A DNA stretch of 64,000 nt. Origin: Trichosphaerium sp. ATCC 40318 (taxonomy: Eukaryota > Protista > Tubulinea). Each line of letters starts with the position of its first letter. Within the stretch, counting starts at the first letter, position 1. The stretch spans positions 1-64,000 of the forward strand of contig JALMLS010000105.1 of NCBI GenBank assembly GCA_038496445.1, given 5' to 3'. Made by a program: the position numbers and the translations under genes. Positions 52,554 to 64,000 of this stretch are shown here, in pieces. A model generated the notes under the pieces. It did not search any database, was not told the DNA's origin, and worked only from the letters and a program-made list of their open reading frames with translations.

Positions 52554-52757
52554 TAATAAGCTTTGATCTGAGTGTTTGAGGCGAAAGGAGCAAACAAACC
52601 TGTATTTTTAATATTAAAAGTTACCAACAAAAAAAACTGCATTGTTCACTTAGTTGTTTTACAAACATTGTTACAAGACATGTCCATGTTGTTGCTAGTA
52701 ATCAAAAATTTTTACTAAGGCTCTTTTATTGTAAATTCAAGAAACGGGTCAGTGTTG

Positions 52758-53832
52758 TTATTCATCAATTTTCTTGATTATCATGGCTGCTAATAGAATA
52801 AAGGTTTCATTAACTACAAATCAAGTTAGCCGGTTTTCTACATGCTATGTCATTACCATTGATTGCATCTTTTGATGAAATTTCAATGAACTCCATCCCA
52901 AACTTATTAGCAAATGCCTAAAGTCATTAACACTACAAAACAAACTAGGGTCGTTAAATTGCATACCTGTGCAATATCAGTATCAACAGCACGTTCTTCA
53001 ATGAGATCACTCTTTGTTCCAACAAGTATTTTGTGTACATTCTCTAGTGCATATCTTTCAATCTCTTGAAGCCATTTTACTATATTAAGAAATGTCTCTT
53101 GGTCTGTAGTGTCATACATCACCAAAAAACCATGGCAAACCCTATAGGTGCGGTAACTACCACCAGTGTATCGGAATCTCTGTTGAGCTTGAAACAAAAC
53201 TTAAAAAAAAAAGCTTCAACACAGGCGCACCACAAGTATCCCATATTTGTAACTTAACAGTTTTATCATACGCTTGTATGGTCTTCACTTTCTACATAAT
53301 TGGATATATTAAAAACGCGAATCCTTATTTGTTATAAGGTCAAAGAAAAAGCAAAAGTAAAAGGTCAAAGGAGCATGCTCATGTTTTTTAAATTGTAGTT
53401 TTGATGTATTGAATTATCACGTGTATTGTGGACATAAAATCAAAGTGACGTACAAAGTCAATACCAATTGTGGAGCTGAATGAATCTGTGAATGTATCAT
53501 CAACAAATCTAAGTATAGTACAACTTTTTCCAACACCAGAATCTCCAATTAGTTTTATTTTAAGTAGATAATCACTAAAAACTCATATCAGGAACTGGAA
53601 TAAGCCCATAGAAATGTACTAGTCTGGTGGAGGGCTATATGTAGCCTCTGAGCCTAATACAATGGTGTCAGCGTCACTTTACAAGTACAAACCATAAAAC
53701 AGCTTAACAGTAGTTGCAAAGGTTGTGGAGCTCTTTTGTAGAGTTTAGGGCAAAAATATTACAGGAAATCAATTTTTAACAGTCGCCACCTTTTGGTTTG
53801 CTGTTACTCCTTTTACTGCTTTTACCACCCAT
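52758..53832 (-). CDS. Rab1-like small GTPase, N-myristoylation type (paralog 4)
   Basis: [14 protein letters not shown]|[12 protein letters not shown]|[40 protein letters not shown]|...LQIWDTC|[20 protein letters not shown]...LVGTKSDL...EISSK...[18 protein letters not shown]. Confidence 0.9.
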
Positions 53833-54489
53833 TCTAGTCCTTGTTGTTATAACCGTCAAGGAACCAAAACATGCCTTAACAGGTACAGATAAAGACAGCC
53901 GTGTGTTAGTAAACCTTGGCTATAAAAATCAGATGCACAATCTACTTCTTTAGTAAGCCATGTTACAAAGCAGTGCTATAAGAATGATACCAGTGAAAAG
54001 GCGCTGCGTTGCCATTTTTGACTAATTAAGAACTACTAGCGTTACTTTTAGCAAACTACTTTTTTTGTACTGTACAGCTGTTGAGCATAGATAGCTACGT
54101 GGATATCCATGAAACTGACTACAGACTGCATAGAGCACCACTTACTTTTAACCTAACTTTCATCAAAGTACAAACAACAGCGGAGTAATTGTACGAGATT
54201 TGATGCATATTGGCCGCCCTCCCAGTAAATGCATCCTCAGTTTAGGATTACAAATTTACTATCAGCACCATTAGTGTAATTCTCAGTAAATACTCGTTTC
54301 AACTCCAGTGGAGTGGCGCAACGAATTCCATTCATGAATGAAACTAGGCCAAGGTTGTGTTTTAGAAACTACAACGTCGAGTCGTTTTACGTTTTTGTGG
54401 TTACTATGACGAGTACAGTGACGCGTTGTTTAAGTTATACTCCCTTACGTATAAACACGGGCAAATTTCTATTCACACAACACTGCAAT

Positions 54490-56176
<1,687 letters not shown>

Positions 56177-56284
56177 ATAAAGCATAATTTTTAAATGAAA
56201 ACCAAATGTTGTTGTACTCCATTTCGAACTGTTTTTGATTTTCGGTCACGCTCCTCGAAAGACATCTCCTTTATGTTGTCGTAA

Positions 56285-58185
56285 CTACGAGAATAAAGAC
56301 CAGAATGATAACAGAATATTGAGTATCAGCAAGCCAGTTGTTAACATCAATACGGTGGGTACCATCTAGCATCAAAACACGTAAGCAAAATTATAAAAAG
56401 AAACTACAATCAACATTTTTTTTATGAATCCGTACCGACTGGTGTCCAGGTAACACTAATGTTACGAATGCTTTTAGGGCATGTTCTCCATCAAAGTAAT
56501 ACACAGGCGCAGTGTTAATAACGGCAAGTGCACCAGAGAGTGACACCATGAACCACAAAAATCGTGAAAATTGATGAGGAAACCAGGCCGGAAACAACCA
56601 CAACCGAGGTACATAGTCACTAGCTACTAGCCCTGTAAAAACTGCATATGGATGCGATAGATATAGTATAGCTTCAGGCTTTCCTTCAATACGAATGATA
56701 GTGATGGATTCTGTTTGATCCGACCCCAAAACAGGCTTGATGCAAACCTCCTCGGATTCAGAGCACAGACTACCGCTAGAGCATTCGGGTATACTCACAT
56801 CATGCGATAAGAGCGCTCGTGGGGACATACAGTACGACTTTACTGTAGTAGGAGGTACCCTAAGGGAGATGGAATTTAGTTTCAAGCGAAACGAAAAATC
56901 CAAGTTGTAAAATGAAACAGAATTTTCAAAATGTACCCGACTTCAGTCCAACACAAGTTTTTGCTCTGTTCACTACTTGTGGCACAACAATCGCCTTCGT
57001 TTTTTATATTTTCCTGTTTTATACAGTATCCTGTTTGGCTGAAATCGTTATCATAGAGATTGATAAAAACATCTCTATATTCTTGAACCGAAGTGACGGC
57101 TTTACCATTAATATGTGTAATGATATCGCCTGTACTCACAACTTGACCCAACTGAGCATCAGCCACATGTCCTACCACGATACTACCTGACTGATAGGCA
57201 TACATTGGCGACAATAAAAACCTTAAAAGGATCAGTTTAAGTCAAGCCAGATGGCTTTTTAAGAAACCTAAACAACTGGACGTACGGTAATGAAACAATG
57301 AGTCCAAGGCACACTAAGACAAGGACAATATTATGCCATATCCCAGCTGAGAATATACGTAGTTGAGCCCAAGGAGATGCCTGGTACAATCCATGAGGCC
57401 CATCTGCTCTGATATCTACAAAAGCACCAGGGTATATACAAAATAGCATACCTCCAAAACCTTGAACGTGTACATGAGAACTAAAGAAATGTATGAGTCA
57501 TCATTGTGGTCTACGCGCTTTTTTCAATGAATCCTTCACAAACGCGTACACAACAGCTGCAATACCATGGCCAAACTCATGAAACACGGCTGCTATTACA
57601 AGTGTCAATAAGAATACCGGAATGTCAGACCAAGGCAGGTTCACGCCAGGCACCTATCCAATGATTAATCATCGTTGTTTTGCAAGCACGTACGAGTGGT
57701 GTCAGTACTTCTGTAGCCTTCTGTTCTGTCGCTGCTCGAAAAAATATGTTGCCAGCCACGGTAACAAGGTTATATGCGAGGATAGCCTCTGCTACTACCA
57801 TACCTACACTATGAAGAAAAGATTGTAAGTAATGACATGTGGTTATTGACGTACCAACACAGACACGCTCCAACGTCGAACCAACGACGTAGGAACGCAC
57901 CAAAACGCCCAAACCAATAAAATGTTGGATTTAAACGCTAATGCCACGTAAGCAGGTCCTAAATACGCTTTAACGTACCCGCGTGTACCACTGAATGCGC
58001 ATAAAATCTATTTTAACTGTTTGTGTTATCAACCAACGGCTGTAAGGCGCAAAGTACGCTATCTACTCCAATATTACATATTGTGCGTTTAACCGTCGCA
58101 CCAATAGCTTATGAACGCTCCAGAATAGCGCCCAAGGTAGTATTAAGTATAAAGCAAGCGCAGAAATGAAAGTAATCGCGTCCAT
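56285..58185 (-). CDS. MBTPS2: Site-2 protease (M50 metalloprotease with PDZ-like insert)
   Basis: VPGVNLP, HEFGH zinc motif, YPGAFV, SAGIWHN, NTAPVYYFDG. Confidence 0.93.
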
Positions 58186-58341
58186 GCTGCAAGAGACGTC
58201 CAAGTCGTTAAATTGACTGAATTGTTAAGTTGAAAACTCGCATATTTTGGACAGATTTATAGTGGCTCCCTGTACAACTATCCGTTCCGGCTGCAGTGAA
58301 ATACGCATTCAGAATACGTGCGTTATTGTACGAGGCGTCAA

Positions 58342-59454
58342 ATGCTCCGTCACAAAGGCCACGTATCAAGGAAGGTGAATTACCACGCCCTTTGCGCGTT
58401 GTGGCTTCATCGACTTCCACTAGTAACCTCTATATTGACTCTAGTATGCCTAGCATATATTGCATCTTCTAATAATGAACCAGTACGCACAATGCTTATA
58501 TAGCGGTTGGGACCACGTGTTACCTATTAATTGAGAATATCACGTGCTCTAGACACCTTTCTCCTTAGTATATTTCGTATGACGACCAATACACCTATAG
58601 GCAGCCAAGATATCGCGCTACCACCGCATTAACCCCGAAAAACAATACATGATGAAGACAATAGTGCTGGACCACGTGTTAGATAATGATAAAAGAACAG
58701 AGGACCTCTCCAACCTTCTATTAAGCTTCCCCAGAGTCAACGCGCTACAAATTGGCGCAAATGATGGCTCTCAAAATAATAGCGCGGATCCTCTTCAACA
58801 TCTCATTTCGAATATCCGGGTGACCGCTGTTTTGGTAGAGCCCGTGCCTTACTTGTACGCAGAACTAAAGACAAAAATGTCGAAGTATGGTGCGCGTGTC
58901 ACTACGATTAAGGCTGCCGTTTGCACCAAAGACGGTAAAGCATCGTTTTATTCAGTTGATAAGACGTACGGTGATAATAACCCTCGAATACCTCACTGGA
59001 AATCTCGGCAGATAGGGAGTTTGTACAAAACACATCTACAAAACTTTGGCATACCACCAAAGTACATAAAACCAATCAACGTAACTTGTATGTCTCCAAA
59101 GACTCTCTTGAAAAAAACTTTTCTAGCTGAGGAAGTCGACCTGTTGATGGTAGACGCGGAAGGTACAACCGGCTTTTAACTATTTTGGTTGATCATAGTA
59201 AAATAGGGTATGATGATAAGATTGTTCAAGGCTTGCTCTTGGTACAACGTTTCAGACCTTGCGTGATTATCTACGAACATCATCACTTGAAAGACAGAGA
59301 AGGAACAATTGGTTTCATGAGAGAACTTGGATACTATTCGTGGAGACATAAAACAAACACTTTTGGGCTTTATCTTGGTAAGAACGTAACACATATATTC
59401 TAGCCCTTAGCCATTTTAGGAAATTGTTGGCAACGATTCAAGGAATCGTACTAG
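58342..59454 (+). CDS. FkbM-family SAM-dependent methyltransferase with N-terminal membrane anchor
   Basis: LQIGANDG, VLVEPVP, VDLLMVDAEG|YD, IIYEH; type-II TM LPLVTSILTLVCLAYIA. Confidence 0.85.
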
Positions 59455-59637
59455 TGCCTAAAACTAACTGCCATGATCAATTTTGATGTACTTGTAAACA
59501 TAGAAGCCTGTCTTAACAATACTTGCTAAAATTTGAAGCAAAACTGACAGTAAGGGGTCATCCCATCACATTTTTTATAACTAAGTTAAAGGTCTATTTG
59601 TTCTTGTCACGTGATTGCTTAAATCAAGAAACTAGAT

Positions 59638-60722
59638 ATGAAACAGCATAAAACGGTGTATTGTGTTTAGCAGAAAACAAAGAACAAACGACTCGTGGGT
59701 TGGTTTTATGTCTAAAATGTTTTTGGGCGAAATTGAATATTTGACGAGTGAAGTTGATACGTTTCTATGAAAAGTGGTTGAATTTCTCCAAAAAAAAGTT
59801 GAAGAAATTTGATATTTACGCTATTTATTTTAAGCTGCAATGTTTGCGGAGCTCATCAACAAAACGAAAAAACAACGGGAGGAAGCCGAATTGTTCAGTG
59901 CTAGTCTTGGCAAAGTATTTGGCTTGGAGTTGACAGATACACAGAATGGTGAGCCTACACGCTTCTAAACACTGACTGATATAAATAGGAAACGAATACG
60001 CGATTCAGTGCCCAAAATGCGGCAAGTGGCTACAAATCAAGTCAAAAGCGCTCCAACAGAGCCAACTGGAAGAGCATATGCTATCGCATAGCTCTCTCGT
60101 TTGTCCAGGGCTTTACTTAGGTACACTTAACATTTCACGAACTTAAATGGACTCATGTCAATATGTAGGAAGTGAAGACAATTCAAAAGAAGACTTGCCG
60201 AGCCAAGGCATTACACACGTCGTTAATGCTGCATTACAATGTAAAAATATGTTTGAGGACAAACTGACCTATGTCAACTTTAGACTATACGTACGCTGAA
60301 TCTAACGTACTTGACGACCCCTCTAATAGCCTCAAAGGATATAGATGAACAACGTATACCTATTGCCGATGCAGTAGCCGCCATAGAAGACATAATAAGC
60401 AAGGTAGTCGAACAACAGCAAATTTTTAAAATGGACTGACATTCTTGTTTAGGATGGTATTGTATTTCTGCATTGTATTCAAGGTATTTCTAGAAGCGGA
60501 ACAATGGCTGTTGCATACGTCATGAAAAGCAAAGGAATAACACTTAAAGAAGCGCTTGCATATGTCCGAGAACGAAGGTCGATTGTAACACCAAATAGAG
60601 GGTTCTTATACCAACTGTGCCAATATGAAAAATCAATATACCCGGATAAAGAGCCATCCCTTAAAATGGTCAAGTACTGGAAAGGAGAAGCGCCAGTGTT
60701 CAAGGACCATCCGAATCCATAA
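59638..60722 (+). CDS. Dual-specificity protein phosphatase with Cys/His-rich N-terminus
   Basis: PGLYLGS, GITHVVN, HCIQGISRS, PNRGFLYQL; upstream CNVC and CPKC..EEHMLSH; start codon uncertain. Confidence 0.88.
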
Positions 60723-60773
60723 TACGCCTATCCAGAGAGTTGTTGTACATTAATAAAGATCCAATCCAAATCG

Positions 60774-62496
60774 CTACAGCGAGTATGTATCCAAAGAATA
60801 GTCATTGTGGTTCAAGCCCGGAATTTCCTCTGTTGCGCCTAGTTCTTCCACAGTATTGGTTTGTGTGGATTGCGTTGGTTCAGGATATGGTGATTGATTC
60901 GTATTTGGTTGTGGTGATCCATTCACGTTGGGTGGAACTTGCTCAGCAACAACTTTGTCGTTCTCCACACCAACCTTTACACCTAGTTTTTCAAGAATTG
61001 GATCTTTGATGACGCCGGCAGGCACCATCTTTGCGAAATATGCTTGATTATCAATATTGTTCTCACACAAGTTGCGAATACACAGAATAGCCCATTCACG
61101 ACCCACTTTAGTCGCAACAAGTCAGAGAAATTTTAATTAAAAATGGTTGTAAAACAATTTTCTAGAAAAGACTCAGAAACGCACGTGGATTATGTAATTG
61201 AAACGTCATATAGTTGAGCAGTACTGGGATAACACCAGTCTCACGAACACAGTTTTGACCATAAGAAAATCTAGCGACGAGCAGTGCTATGCATGCAGCA
61301 CAATCTCTACCAAGGCCATATTCTTTTTTGTGCGTTTCAGCCACATCTGATAACAACATCGTTAGCACCTCGCTGCATGACTGACTTTAAACCGCGTACG
61401 TTTGATTCTTTCCAATAAGAACCAATTGTCGATGGCCAACTTGCGGGTGGCGTTTGGTAGACCTGGTAAAAGAGAACGCAATATTGACAACGAGGCATAT
61501 AAAACATCAATGTGAGGGTTATCCTTCTCGTCTCTTGGTAAACATTGTGTGATGTACTTGGAAACAGAATCAGGTAGGATTACAGCTTCGTCTGTATCTG
61601 ATAACTCTTCAGACAAATCTTGAAGGATTAACGTCTTAAACGTGGGATACTGCTCCATCATGTGATGGAAATGTGTTTGTGCCAAATGCCCAATTAGAAA
61701 TTGCCTCTCGGAGGAAGCTTGGCAACCAAGGGCGTATTTTACGAGAAGTGGCGATGAGATGATGCCTTGAGTGATAGCATCACTACTTTTACACATGTAA
61801 AACAACAGCAATAAAAAAGGTGCATCCTGTCCGGCTACAAGACGAGGTTGTACAAGACTAATCCATGTGTCAGATGTACAACTTGCTTATTATCACGTGA
61901 CGTACTGTAACGCTTTTGGATATATGAGTTTGTATAAATACACAGCATTCTCTGAGTTGAAACCTAATAGAGCCATTAAAAAGCTTGGCAGCAAAGAAGC
62001 CGTACACGCAACAAAATTGCACCAAAGTTCAAGAGCAGTTTGAGTTATTTTGGATGCTAAAGAGTTCGATTAGTAACTGTAGTACAAATATAATGCCGTA
62101 CAATCTATGTCTTGGCGCCATAGTGACATTAAGGACTCAACAAGCACTGGCATGACTGAAATTGATCGCAGTACTGTTTGTGCCTCTTTCTACGCTGTGT
62201 AAGCACTTGGTTGTACTGTTAAATGTAAGCTACCGAATTACAAGCTCTACGAATCGACAACAGAATATCCTGCCATTCTTGCAACACTGTATCGCCTTTC
62301 CAGCTACGATAGCTTTATTAGCGAGGAAATGACTCGAAACACTTCAGAAAACATCAATACGCACTCTAATTCCGCTTTAAAAGCGTTACAAGAGGACTGG
62401 CGATAGCTAACATCAGCTAACAAAAAATTAAACGTGAAATTGTACAAAGTGGCACTCAAGTGTACCAATAACGCGTGTCCAGTCTATATTCTGCAT
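60774..62496 (-). CDS. ATXN10: Ataxin-10 / Ctr86-like ARM protein
   Basis: QNCVRETGVIPVLLNY..HNP..REWAILCIRNLCENNIDNQ; 5' exons tentative. Confidence 0.85.
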
Positions 62497-62596
62497 TCCA
62501 ACGACGTCAACGCTTATAGTATGTAGAATTATGCAGTTTGGGGCTAATCGCGACTTAAACGCTACAATAAAATTTGCATACGCAACTATTTTTGCA

Positions 62597-64000
<1,404 letters not shown>

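Overview
This is an AT-rich (roughly one-third GC), gene-dense eukaryotic window with many short GT-AG introns (typical donors GTACGT/GTAAGT, CTAAC-type branch points) and the standard genetic code. The gene content suggests an amoeboid protist, which is an inference. About 30 genes can be reconstructed. Housekeeping genes: LOA1/VPS66-like acyltransferase, Mpo1/DUF962, MED11, USP44/49-like DUB, SERINC, aromatic amino-acid decarboxylase, HP1-like multi-chromodomain protein, filamin-repeat protein, TYW1, penta-EF-hand protein, PH-domain protein, cystathionine gamma-lyase, site-2 protease, FkbM methyltransferase, DUSP, ataxin-10 and an NDR kinase. They are interleaved with fast-evolving accessory patches (about 1-10.5 kb, 19.8-29.4 kb, 52.7-53.9 kb) holding F-box/LRR genes, F-box-like/MORN-variant repeat genes, an atypical Ras and four paralogous Rab1-derived GTPases. 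The most notable result, invisible in the ORF track and seen only after manual splicing: these Rab1-like proteins have lost the C-terminal prenylation tail, gained an N-terminal MGxKSS myristoylation plus polybasic exon, and carry altered G3/G4/G5 motifs. Other leads are a strong excess of the CACGTG palindrome, a PB1-PAH fusion, a SAP-USP fusion, a Ras with a switch-II insertion, and a candidate structured ncRNA at 47.6-47.8 kb. All exon structures were inferred by eye and need RNA-seq confirmation.
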